From the NCBI GenBank assembly GCA_024679065.1, contig JAGIQG010000040.1:6014001-6078000 (forward strand): 64,000 nucleotides of DNA. The letters are read 5' to 3'. Made by a program: the position numbers and the translations under genes. The notes under the pieces are model-generated. The model made no database searches and was not told the DNA's origin. It saw nothing but the letters and a program-made list of their open reading frames with translations. Source of the stretch: Sphyrna mokarran. Its lineage: Eukaryota. Positions 1-11,604 of the stretch are shown here, piece by piece (the first letter of the stretch is position 1; each line of letters begins with the position of its first letter).

Positions 1-399
1 CAAAGGGCCAAATGGCTTTCTCCTCCTCCTAACTTCAATGTTTCTAAATTTCTATGAAATATGCCCGAAATATATTTGATATCAATGGATGAAATCTCCC
101 TCAAATTTATTATTCTCGGCTTATATCTTATTGACATTTGAGCTGATCATATCTGATCATCCAACTCAATTGCCCAGTCCTGCTTTTTCCATATAACCTT
201 TGATTCCAAGCGCCACAAGCTACTTCTATCGACCTGTTTATCTCTCACTCCTTCTTGGTGCAGACACAATGGGTAGAAGGGCTTCTTCTGCTCTGTGTGA
301 TTCTCAGATTTTCAGTTCACAACCCTATTGAAGAAGTTCCTCCTCAACTTAGTCCTAAATCTGCACCTCCTTATTTTTGAGGCTGTGTCTTGTAGTCGG

Positions 400-640
400 A
401 TGGGGTAGGACAGTGGATGTTGCTTACATGGATTTCAGTGAGGCCTTTGAAAAGGTCCCTCATGGCAGACTGGTGCAGGAGATGAAGTCGCATGGGATCA
501 GAGGTGAGCTGGCAAGGTGGGTACAGAACTGGCTCCGTCATAGAAGGCAGAGAGTAGCAGTGGAAGGGTATGTTTCTGAATGGAAGGGCTATGACAAGTG
601 GCGTTCCTCAGGGATCAGTGCTGGGACCTTTGCTGTTTGC
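400..640 (+). mobile_element. CR1 LINE RT fragment (degenerate)
   Basis: VDVAYMDFSEAFEKVPHGRLV...WVQNWL..RRQRVAVEG matches the CR1 ORF2 RT motif, then frameshifts. Confidence 0.85.
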
Positions 641-1106
641 ATATATATATATGTATATATATTATACTATAATCAGTTTTTTTTAATTACACCGTCGGTA
701 TTGAGGGACCTGGATAGGTTGCTGGTGTTCTGAACACTTATAAACTAGAAATTGAAGTTGGCATCCAAATAAAAATTTGTGTCTCAATCATAGAACGGTC
801 ACAGAATGAAGGAGGCCATTCAGCCTATGTTGACTCTCTGCTAGAACAACTGAGCCTATCCCACTCCTCCACTCTGTCCCTGGAGCCCTGCAAATCTTTT
901 CCCATCAGTTTCCCATACGATTCCTTTCGGAAAGACAGCGAGGAACACAGAGGAAAGAGGGTTTTGAGGCAGGGAAGGTTTCAGCTGATGTCTTGTCGGC
1001 AGATGCTCTGTCGTGGGTAAATTGATTGCAGCCTCCTCCAGCAAGGATGACAGAGTGAATGGGAGGGACAGAATGTGAGTGAGATGAGATATAAGAAAGG
1101 GAGGCA

Positions 1107-1160
1107 CAGAGAGAGAGAGAGAGAAGGGGGAGAGAGAGGGAGAGAGAGAAGAGAGAGGGA
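1107..1160 (+). repeat. (GA)n-rich microsatellite
   Basis: Run of GA/GGA units. Confidence 0.8.
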
Positions 1161-1204
1161 AAAAGATGAAAGCTTCTTGTTGTCAGCAAAAGTGATGGCG
1201 TAAC

Positions 1205-1345
1205 CATCACTGAATTCCCCATTTTTTGTCAACATCCTTCGGGTTACCATTGACCAGAAACTCTACTGGACTCCCAAACATAAACACACCAGCTACAAGA
1301 CCATGTCAGAGGCTGGGAATACTGCTACGAGTAACTCACCGCCTG
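1205..1345 (+). mobile_element. Degenerate CR1/L2-group LINE RT C-terminal fragment
   Basis: ACCATTGACCAGAAACTCTACTGGACT encodes a TIDQKL.WT-like motif, followed by QRLGILLRVTH. Confidence 0.55.
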
Positions 1346-1815
1346 TTTTGGTGAGGTTCCTGTCAACACTAACAATCAGAATTTTCTGATGACAATCTAC
1401 AAACCAGGCTTACATTCCCCGGACGCCCCTCCCTCCTCCCCAGTCTCCGAAAGTCCGGCCATTCCCCTATCAGGTCACTGACTGTAGCCAGGCTCGGATA
1501 TTTCTCTTTCAATGTCAACCCAAATCACCTCCAACTGGCTTCAGAGATCCAGAGACAGACACGGAAGTGAGATAAGAACACCCCAGGGGGAACAGAACAA
1601 ATTATTAAGAACGGGACTTAGAACGGGTGTCTTCAAAAGCGATTCTGCAATGATCTGTTTGTCGGATTGAATTCTGAAGTTTGTTTTCTCAGTCTCTCCT
1701 GGAAACAATTACATTCGAGGTGAGTTTGGTTTCCATTCGCTGCTCATTGCGGCCGCATCTACTACAATCCTCCACAGACCCCAACACACAACAGCTGCTC
1801 TCTGCAGTGAAAGGA

Positions 1816-1854
1816 GGTTTTTGTACAGGGCTGAGTTTGCTTCATATCACTGTG
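1816..1854 (-). other. 23-RSS of V1
   Basis: Heptamer CACAGTG (1848-1854), 23-bp spacer, consensus nonamer ACAAAAACC (1816-1824). Confidence 0.97.
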
Positions 1855-2324
1855 AGGCTGATAGCGCAGTAATACACGGCGACGTCAGTCAGCTTCAGAC
1901 CCGAGATGGTTAAACTGGTGAATTTATTCTCAGTCTGAAGCTCAGCAGAGAAACGGCTTTTGGCAAAATCGGCTTTATCTTCACTGCCTGCCGAATGTTT
2001 CCACAAAATAAACTCAGGCTGTGAGTCTGGGTGCTGCCGGTGCCAGTATAGATTGTAGGGGCTCAATGAAGTATCATAGTTACAGTTTAAAGTCACCGCT
2101 TCTCCCTCTGTCCCAACATCTGAAGAGAGCGACTGAGTGACAGAATCTCCATGAATTAGATCTGAAAAAGATCAATAAAATATAAAAAAGAACTGACCGG
2201 CGACTGGTGAAAATTTAGGTTTACGACATGTTTCAAAAATGTAAAAAAAGAGTTGAAATGTGTTTGCTCCACATTTACCTGTCAGAAATGCTGCCCACAC
2301 AACCCAGATGCTGAACAGCCGCAT
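1855..2324 (-). CDS. TCR alpha/delta-type V gene segment V1 (leader exon 2279-2324, intron 2162-2278, V exon 1855-2161)
   Basis: Leader MRLFSIWVVWAAFLT with phase-1 GT donor and polypyrimidine-AG acceptor. V exon DLIHGDSVTQ...VTLNC...WHRQHPDSQPEFI...DFAKSRFS...DVAVYYCAISL has both canonical Cys and the Trp, and is followed directly by a 23-RSS. Confidence 0.92.
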
Positions 2325-3529
2325 TGTCTCTGTCCGCTCTGTAAAAGGGGAGTTGGGGATTTTGAAGGCACCGGTTCTAAACCCCGCCCTGAATAACCTG
2401 CTGATGCCTCAGGGTGTTCTCACTTCACTTCCTGGTGTTCTCGGTGACAGTGTGAATAGACAGGCCGGTGAGCTGGCTGTCAGTGATTGGAAATACTCAG
2501 CGCTGGGTAATAGTCAGTGCCTAACGGGGAGAATATTTCCCTTTTCCGGATAGTGACGGTCAAATCCGACTCTGTTTAATGTGACCATCAAACTCAGGCT
2601 TGCTCCAGGATTTGTTTCATTCAGGGATCAGTCTGTTTATTTAAGCGTTACCATCAGGAGAGTGGATCAGTCGTGACTGCGTGTTACCCTCATTAGTCAT
2701 TAATCCAATTATCGAACTTTTTTTTGCATTTTATGTCGGAGGGGCTGATTGACGCGCCAGGCTGTCTTGTGACACATTGGCAATGTCCCTGGCGTTCGAA
2801 GAGAAATTCCCAATTCAAGAGAAAAGTGAGGATCTGTTGGAGAAGGAAGGAGCGGTTACACTGCCGTTCAACTATCTGACAGTCAGTTATGCAATCCTCA
2901 CCATAGTTGAAAGGATAGAGTATGTGACGATATGCCTAAAATAAGCTGAACACTTTCGAGCAAAGATACCAGCTGTCACTATACATTCAGTTGGACAATC
3001 TTAAAGTATAAACACTTCCACTAACATACGCAGGATTTTTTCTCAATGACACCTCTGTTTAAAATTATTAACTTCAATCGCATCCGCAATCATTTGTTAA
3101 ACAAGCTGTGACCCTCGGTGTTTGGAAGAGAGAATAATGTCAGCCGTTCCTTTAACTCGAAACTTAAATCCCGGAAAGAAAGCTCAGAGGGCATGTTGGC
3201 AGTCCCCAGCGATAGAAAAAGCTACTTCTCATTAACTACAATTCAATACCAGCCGGCTCGGAAAACCATTGTGTCACTTGCAGTCAAAAATAAAACGAAC
3301 GTAGTGCTGGGATAGTTACGGTGCAACAGTTCAGAACGCAGTTCTCAAAGTGGTTTTCCACATTCTTTCCCACATCAGACAAACCTTGTCTCACTCGCTC
3401 TCCCCTCTTCCAATATCACGTTCCAATCCTTCCACATGCAGTTATTTTTGTGGTGATTATTGATCGCTTTATCTTCTCCAAAACATTGAGGCAAATTGGG
3501 CTGAAACATTCAACTTATCATAACTTTAC

Positions 3530-3816
3530 TGCGGTGCAGAAGTCGGCCAGCTGACCCATCAAGTCTGCGCTGACCACAATCCCGCCCTTCCCCCAATATC
3601 CCATCTGTTTACCTTACTAGCCATCCCCACCTCCCCCCAACACTAAGGGGCAATTTAGCATGGCCAATCAACCTCATCCGCACATCTCTGGAGTGTGAGA
3701 GGAAACCCGAGCACCCGGAGGAAACCCATACAGACACGGGGGGGATGTGTAAACCCCACACAGGTAGTGACATGAAGCCATTGCACTGTGAGGCTGCAGT
3801 GCCACCGTGCCGCCAC
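3530..3816 (-). mobile_element. HE1/V-SINE-like SINE
   Basis: Minus strand: tRNA-like head GTGGCGGCACGGTGGCAC, V-domain-like GGGTTTCCTCCGGGTGCTCGGGTTTCCTC, GATTGGCCATGCTAAATTGCCCCTTAGTG, and a CR1-like tail. Confidence 0.8.
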
Positions 3817-4599
3817 TGGTGGATATTCAGAGAAGTATTCCGATGGTGGTGGACGGAATAGGAGATAAATTTTGGTTATTCATTGGCCTGGCCTGGCAAT
3901 TTCCTTTTGTGACTCACTGGAGTTTTGCCGGACTGAATTAAGATGCCAAGCAGAAATGTAGGCTTCGAATTGTTAAACAACATATTGGAAAAAAGTGAAG
4001 CAATTCCGGCTGAAAAATCGAAACTAGAGGTGGGGAAGTGAAAGAGTGGGAAAATAAATTGAAAAGAGCAAGGACAATTAACATAAAACAATTAACAAGG
4101 ACGTTTAAGATAAAATAATTATGGCTCCACAGCTGTATTTGTGGAGTCTATTTTTAATACGTTGCGAATTATTCCCTGGTAATCAGGCACTGAAGGCAAT
4201 CCCAGTGATAATCCCATTTTTTTGTGTTATTTCTGGTTGCTGGAGGAGAGGCAGCAATTGAAATAGAAAGAGATGCGACCTGAAAGTGTTTAAATTATGG
4301 ACCTGTGTCTATTGCTTTCAGTGATGAATGTCTACCTTGTCTTGCCTCGTACGTTTCAATCAGTTGCAATGATGAGTTTAATGAGGTTTGGAAATTGAAA
4401 GTTGCGTCAGCAGCTTTTGGGACCATTTCCCTTCACTGTCAATCTCAGATACAATAAGAATTAGAAAGAAAAACAGGTTTCTACCATTCTAGTCATTTCA
4501 TTCCGACTGAAATCATGAAATTCACCTTGGAGTTAAAGCATTGAGCTGACCATTTTCTGCTGACTGCTTGTTTGAAGTCATGACTGTGCGCACACAGGA

Positions 4600-4915
4600 A
4601 TGTTTTTGGTTGTTTCTATCCCATGCTATGATACCCCTGAAGCAGGCAAAAAAAAAAACAGGTATCGCAATCATCCAAAATAGGTTTATTTTTAAACATC
4701 CATTCTCAAGATACCAATCCCAACTTTACATAATCATCTCTGTAATTTATATAAATGACAAATAATAAGGAACACAAGACAGATCCCTGTGATAGGCCAC
4801 TGGACACTCGCTTCCAGCCACAAAGGCGGCCTTCTGTCACCATCCTTTTCCTTCTATTACCAATGTTAGATCCCCGGACCCCATTAAACGTGGCTTGTTT
4901 ATACCATATATTCAT
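4600..4915 (-). mobile_element. Degenerate CR1 LINE RT fragment
   Basis: WKRVSSGLSQGSVLCSLLFVIYIN resembles the SGVPQGSVLGPLLF.IYIND motif. Confidence 0.75.
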
Positions 4916-5486
4916 TTGCTTTTAATCAGAATCAGTTCAGATACAAGGAGCATATTTCGCAAAGCAGTGACTATGATGATTAACCTAATCTCAAGAATAG
5001 ACCGCTTCAGTGTCTATTTTGATTTAAAACATTTCCCTCATGATGGAAAATATTCGTTCTTAATTAGTTCTTGATTTAATGGTGATCACAGACATAACGG
5101 TTTTTACTCCTCAATCTCAAATACCTCAACGAGTTTCCCCTATTGGAACATCAGCTGCCGCCCAGTGCGGACTTTTCCATTCACTGATGTAGAATTTACC
5201 ACAGGGAAGACTAGCATCACAGTGGTTCTGAGGCCCAGGATTAGATTGGCTGTTTTCCGATATGATTCTAGTCTGTGTCCGTCTGTCCAGCTCGATTCTG
5301 CAGTTTGTTCCAATTTCTCTGTCGCTCCGGGAAACAGTTGAGAGTTAGTTTGATCTGAGGTTAATGTGGTTTAATCTCAGTGTGTGTGTTTGAACGGCTG
5401 ATATCCGTGCTGTTCATTGCGGCTGCATCTTCTCTAGATTCTACACAAGCCCCAACAAGCAGAGTTCCCACACAGAGTCTATAGGC

Positions 5487-5525
5487 AGTTTTTGTACAGG
5501 GGAGAGACTGTTTTGTAGCACTGTG
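5487..5525 (-). other. 23-RSS of V2
   Basis: CACAGTG (5519-5525), 23-bp spacer, ACAAAAACT (5487-5495). Confidence 0.96.
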
Positions 5526-5977
5526 AGGCTGAATGCACAGTAATACACGGCAGTGTCTGTCAGCTGCAAACTCGAGATAGTCAAACTGGTGAATTTCTTC
5601 GCGATCTGGAGCTCCATGGAGAAACGTGTTTTAGCAAAATCTGCGTTGTCTTCATTATTGCTAGTATCCTTCAGGAACACAAACTCGGGCTGTGTGTTTG
5701 GATGTTGTCGGTACCAATATAACGCATATCCGCTCTGTTCAGTCTTGTAGTTACAATTTAAGGTCATTCCTTCTCCTTCTGTCTTTACAACTGATGAGAG
5801 CGACTGAGTGACAGAATCTGCATGACTTCCCTCTGAGAAAAAGAACAGAAATATTCAGATCGGCAGCCGATCAAAATTCGATTTAAATCATGGCTGGAAA
5901 ACTAGACAAAATGAATTTCCTCCACAGTTACCTGTCAGGAATATTCCCCACACAATCCAGATGCTGAGTCGTCGCAT
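5526..5977 (-). CDS. TCR alpha/delta-type V gene segment V2 (leader 5932-5977, V exon 5526-5832)
   Basis: Leader MRRLSIWIVWGIFLT; V exon GSHADSVTQ...MTLNC...WYRQHPNTQPEF...DTAVYYCAFSL; open frame and intact splice sites. Confidence 0.92.
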
Positions 5978-6565
5978 TCTATCTGCCCGCTCTGTAAAAG
6001 GGCTGCTCGGTATTTGAAGACACCCTTTGTAATCCTCGCCTTCTATAATCTGCTGTCGGGTTTCAGCGTGTTCTCAGCTCACTTCCTGTATCCCCAGATT
6101 GACATACCGTGAGGTCGCAGGCAGTTTCTAAAAGCACCTTGACACCAAATGCAATCAACATCCTTTTAAAAGTTAATGAATCCGGATTTATTGTCCCAGT
6201 TTGGGAAAGAAACCGTTCCTGAAACGCTGGGATCCAATAAATGCTATTAATAAAGAGAAGGAATTGATTTAACTTTGCCATTTTTTTTCTGGTAATGCAT
6301 ATTTAGCATTGATACAAAGCAAGACGAGACACACAGAGGCTGCAAAGGGACAGAGGAGCATGAGCGTGTTTGGCAAAAAAAACATTATCGTCAGCAGCAT
6401 ATTGAGGAAACTTAAGACGTTGTTCATTTTGACGAGAAAAATAGAGAAAAATAAAATCATATACTTAAATGATGAGAATTAATTAAATATTGGTGTGCAG
6501 ACCTATCTCACCGTTCTTTTACGCACAAGTAACCAACAGATGGAGACAGCAATCCAGAATTTTGT

Positions 6566-7067
6566 AAATAGATGATGATATTGATGTGCTTGTTTTTATC
6601 CTACAGGTGCTTTGGTCCACCTTGTTGTCTAACGAGGGGCATACACGCGATGGGTCGTGAGAGGGCTGCTCTTGGATTTTTTTTTCGAGAGTATCCTCGT
6701 GCTTCACGTCGTTAGTGTACGCTTGACCTGGACCATTTGATGGGCAACACGACAGCTCAGTGACTATCGCTGTGCTGTGCAGATACATGGATTTGGGCCT
6801 GTGTCTGTGGGAATTTGCGCATTCTCCCCGTGCTTGCGTGGGTTTTTCTCCGGGTGCTCCGGTTTCCTCCCACATCCCAAAAATGTGCTCTTAGGCTAAT
6901 TGGCAAAACAAATTCTCCCTAAATTGTCTCAAATTTGGTTTTTAATCCATAGATCTATAAACACAGACAGGGATCGCGGGTAGAGGTGGGAACATCGGGG
7001 TGGCGGCGCGGGCTCGTTGCGCCGAAGGGCCTGTTTCCTGTGCTGTTTTGTTCTTTGTTCTTTGTTC
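6566..7067 (+). mobile_element. 5'-truncated retroelement 3' end (relative of the 26549-27020 CR1 3' UTR)
   Basis: Absent from the paralogous V4/V7/V9 flanks. Collinear with 26560-27020 and ends GCCGAAGGGCCTGTTTCCTGTGCTG followed by (TTCTTTG)n. Confidence 0.8.
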
Positions 7068-9639
7068 ACTCCAAAGCAATTGAGCTGGACGAGAAAGAGA
7101 GCATTGCTGCAATGGAAGAGGACTTTGGTTTGGCCACATTTGGAGAAAAGAGTGCAGTCCCCGTCAGTGATCTTTAAAAAGGGTGCATTTGTCCAAGGTT
7201 TTTAGGCAAAATGTTCAAGAGGTAATGACAGAGCAGATTTATGGGGGTGCTTAATCCTTCCCTGCTGCTGTACATTAGACCCCGTGTAAAACAAAAAGCA
7301 TCTTGAAAGAGGAAGAAGTAAGGAAGAATTGTTTGAGGAAGGGAGAGAGTGAAACTGAGAGGCAAATGGAATAATGGAGAGAGGGGGAATGGGAGAGTCA
7401 GAGGTGGAATGGAAGATGCAGTGAGAGAGCGGACAGTGAATGATTACGAAAATAATTGGTGGTTGCGACAGGTAGAGTTTGATTTGGAGACACAGAAAGA
7501 GTTAAGGAGGCTTCCATAGCTGAATAGCTCAGTAGGTGTCAAAGCAGAATTCGAAGCCTTGGTTTCTGTTTGTAGTCAGTGTCATGGAATGAACAGTCTA
7601 TCTGTTAATTCTCACAGCTAGCAGTGTGAGCACTATACAAATGGATCCTTTCTGGCTTTTTGCCCATTCTTTTCAATTTTTCCTCTTGGAAGTTGGACCC
7701 CCGTCTGTCTTAAAACATGTTTTCACTTTATATGTCTCAGAACTGGACAGAGAATGAATCAGGGAATACTTGACAAAAAAAAGTAAATGTAAGTCTTGAC
7801 GGGAAATTAGAAACAAATCCTCAGAATGTTTTGTAATGTGTTAAAAGCCGTTGAATTCTACTGCAATTTTTGTAATGCCAACTTTAAACTGTCATGTAAT
7901 GTGATAACACTGATTGTAATCGTGAATTGTACATAAAACATTTAGAGGGATAGGGGAGTTTATTCCTGATGCCCAGGCCAATGTTTATCCCAGAATCAAC
8001 ATCAAAAAAACAATTTCCCTGTTCATTGCCAAATTGCTGTTTGAGTTATTTTTCCGCGTGTACTTTCTCTGTTACAATAGCGAGTGCACTTGCAATAAAA
8101 CATTGGCTCTAAAATGTTTTGAAATGTCCTTCGGTATGGCGAAGAGCCGTATAATTGCACAACAAAATGCAATTGCATACAATGAGTGCGTTTGGGAGTG
8201 CTGAGCCTCCTGATTCCCATGAAGCCATTTCCCAAACAATATACACAATGTGTGATGACACACTGCTCACTTCCCTAGACAAGCGCGTCTCCAACAGCAA
8301 TCATGGAGCAAGACCCAATCAAGGTTAAACAACAATGATGATTGGCGTCCACAAATTTAACATTCCCTTTCTCCACAAAGGCTGCACTGTGTGTTATCTA
8401 CACTGCAGCAACTTTCCAAGTGTCCTTTGACAACACTTTCCAAACCCAGGAACTCGATCACTTGTAACATGAAGAGCAGCAGGTTCATATAAACCCAAAA
8501 TTAGAAAGCTCCCTTCTAAGTTACAGGAGTTCCTTATCTATAAAGAAATTGCCATGCAATTAGTAAGTGCGATAGGATTAAAAAGAAAATATAGGAAGAA
8601 AGCAAAGAGGGAATGAAAAATAAAACAACTAAATTCAAGGATACTCAATAAATACAGAAATAGCAACAGGGCAATGAAGGAAAATGGCAGGCCGGCCAAG
8701 AAGCAGAAGATGCGGATATGCTTCTTGACTCCATGGTGAAGATTTGATTCACAATAAGAAGCGAGGGGAGGCAATTGATAAATAAAATAAAACAGAAAAT
8801 GGCAAATCGGCTCGCTGTATGTTCTTAGATTGGTTGGTGGAGAATTTGTGTTAATCTCATTCTCTTCTCCTTTCCCCCAGAGCCCTGTAAACATACGCCT
8901 CTGCAACAATGTACCCGCTCCTCTTTTGAAATATTATTATAGTTGCTGCCAGCCCCCCATCAAATAGCGCATTCTTATTCACAATTCGCTGTCACACTAT
9001 CTCTGACTTTTTCATTCGCCTCAAATCATTGTTTTCAGGTTACAGAGCCTCCTGTTACTAGAAAAGTTTGTTCCTTTCCTGTATCATCGAGGTATGTGAT
9101 GGGTTTGAACACGTTTTAGTAAATTTCCTTTCAGCTGAGAGTCGCTGGTGATGCTGTGAATTGAAATTCACAGATAGGTGGCTGTAAGAATGACTACTCC
9201 TTCATTCTTCGTAGGATTGTATCATCAGACGAGACCTTAATTCTCTGTTATATACTGCCATCCAAATACTGCAGATATTTTCACACATATTGAAAACTCG
9301 TTGTACGGACTGAACTGCTCTGCCTGAGAAGTCTTGGTTCTGGATTGAAAACTTTGTTTTATAGAGTGAGCGTATGTATTTTTCCGACAGATGAGTTCTA
9401 GGTAAACATTAGAGGATGATGTTAATACAATATCGACTTTCGGAAAACAATTGAAATTCCTTTATAAAAACTGACCCGACAGAATTCACAATGCCTTTCT
9501 CTTCCCTCTGCTGTCAAGTGTTGTAACTAAACATAAAGAATTAATGCCAGTTTGTCGCCAACAAACAGCGAATCAATATTGATTTCTGTAATCATAGGTT
9601 GTAATCTTGTGCCACCCCATCTCCAACTTTGCAACGTGA

Positions 9640-9885
9640 ATGTGTTGTATGTTTCTGTGTGTTGGCGTATGCTTGCATATGTGTGTACGCTTATGTGTGT
9701 ATGTGTGTGTGTGTATATGTGTATATGTGTGTGTGTGTGCACCTTTCAGTGTCAGCTTAAACTTGTGTGTTTGTGCATGTGCGTTTGCTCTGTGTGATAT
9801 GTGTGTGTGTTGTTTGTATGTGTGTTTGTGTATACATATATATGTGTGTGCATCTTTATGTATATTCTTATGTGTTTTATGTTTC
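9640..9885 (+). repeat. Degenerate (TG/TA)n low-complexity tract
   Basis: TG-rich compound microsatellite; further (TG)n runs at about 10490-10520 and 10681-10706. Confidence 0.85.
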
Positions 9886-10487
9886 AGATGATATGCAGTG
9901 GTTATTATTCCATTTTCACATTTTTACATCCAACATATACCACCGTTGCTTTTTTATTTAATCTTTCTGCCTGCCATCCTATCCCATCTGCCTGCCATCC
10001 TATACTTTTGTTCTGTACCTTTTGCAGCGTTCATTGGCATTGGCACTTCCTTAAAACTTCTCTATTTTTTCAGCTCAGCTGAAAGGTCATGTTAACGTAT
10101 TTTCTCATTCGACAGATACTGGCAGTCATTCTGATTATATTCAGCATAATCTTATCTCTGCTTTATGTAAGCTAAAATTTAAACTTCATAATCTCTCAAA
10201 TTTAATATTTCTTCAGGGAAATCACAGATAGCAGACAAATCATCAATCCCACTCTCACCTTGAGCTATGTGGGTATATTTATCTAATTTCTCGTTTCGCA
10301 ATAAAACCCACACACCGAGCTTTTGGTTTGTTTCTGTTATTATTTTAACGCCCAGGAGGTTATTGAGATTGAAGTTGACATCAACCCTTCATGATCTCAG
10401 TCTCTCACTGTGTTTGGGAGAGTGTGTATTATAGCGTTTGTGTTTGAATGTATGTGTGTCTTTGCGAAAATCTCAGTGTTTTACTTG

Positions 10488-10525
<38 letters not shown>

Positions 10526-10714
10526 GTGGTGGGTGTCTATGCGTTTGCCTGTGTCTGCCTGGAAGTGTATGTGTGCCAAAGTGTGTGTTCAAATTTGCCT
10601 GTATTTATCTGAGATCGTATGCCTGTGAATGTGTTTGTGCAAGTTTGCCTGGGTCTGCCTGAGAGTGTATATCTGTGAAAGTGTGTGTGTATGTGTGTGT
10701 GTGTGTATGAACTC

Positions 10715-10761
10715 CTGTTGCAAACTTTCATTCCAATGTTAGGAATGAAAGTTTGCAACAG
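10715..10761. repeat. Perfect 20-bp inverted repeat with 7-nt loop
   Basis: CTGTTGCAAACTTTCATTCC-AATGTTA-GGAATGAAAGTTTGCAACAG; imperfect copies near 22263, 41150 and 52730. Confidence 0.9.
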
Positions 10762-11360
10762 AGAATAAAAAGTATCATTCAATGTTGCAACCATCCAGTG
10801 ACTGAACTACCCCGAGACTCACAGAGACCAGCGTCTGCGGGACGTACAAAGTGTCAGCAGATGGTGACATTGTATTACTTAAATCAAAGATAGTGAAACT
10901 GCAGATTGAAATCACAGCTTTGTTTGGTTTTCTTGTTATCAGCTTGCCTGGAAGAACGCAGTCCCAACACCATTGCCACCATTTCAAAAGCAATGAGGAA
11001 ATTGCAATAAATTGTGGACTCAGCAACGAAGCCCACACTCGGTCAAATTAATTTTAAAATGGTTTGTTTGGCGGATATTTGTACTGCCCCGTTCCCCAGT
11101 GACCTAGAGTGGAGCGGAATTGCTATCAGTTTTACGAGTTTGAGCTGACCATCTTTGGAGATATCCCTGATCACAAATACCAGTCCAATAAATCTCCTTC
11201 CGGCCCGTCAAGGCCAGTTGTGTGCAGAGTAATATAGCACAGTGATAAAGATATTTTAAAAAACTCACAACCTATTTGAATGAAACAGAAATAAATCCAT
11301 ATCATTCATTCCTGGAATTATAGAGTTTCTCCGTTATCATCGCTGGGTCAGTTTAGAATG

Positions 11361-11604
11361 CAGTCAGATGTCTCACGGCGTCAGGTTAAAGTCTAATCAG
11401 TTTATTTGATAGTAAATTCACAAGCTTTCAGGGTTTGTCCCTTCGTCAGGTGTGGGAGAGTTCTGTTCTGAACTGTCCACTCACATAACGAAGGGGCAAA
11501 CCCAGAAAGCTTGTGGGTTACTATTAAATAAGCCTGTGGACTTCAACCTGATGTTGTGAGACTTCTTACTGTCGTTACCCCAGTCTAACGCTGGCATCTC
11601 CACA
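11361..11604. mobile_element. Palindromic Penelope-type non-autonomous element (family A) with hammerhead-like motif
   Basis: About 100-bp inverted arms plus tail CCCCAGTCTAACGCTGGCATCTCCACA; flanked by the direct repeat TCAGTTTAGAA. Confidence 0.75.

Noticed and set aside
3811-3822. CCACCAGTGGCG as a CTCF site upstream of V1
   Set aside because: One base short of the core and partly formed by the SINE 5' junction.
9527-10794. Cys/Val-rich and His/Thr-rich ORFs
   Set aside because: Translations of (TG)n microsatellites.
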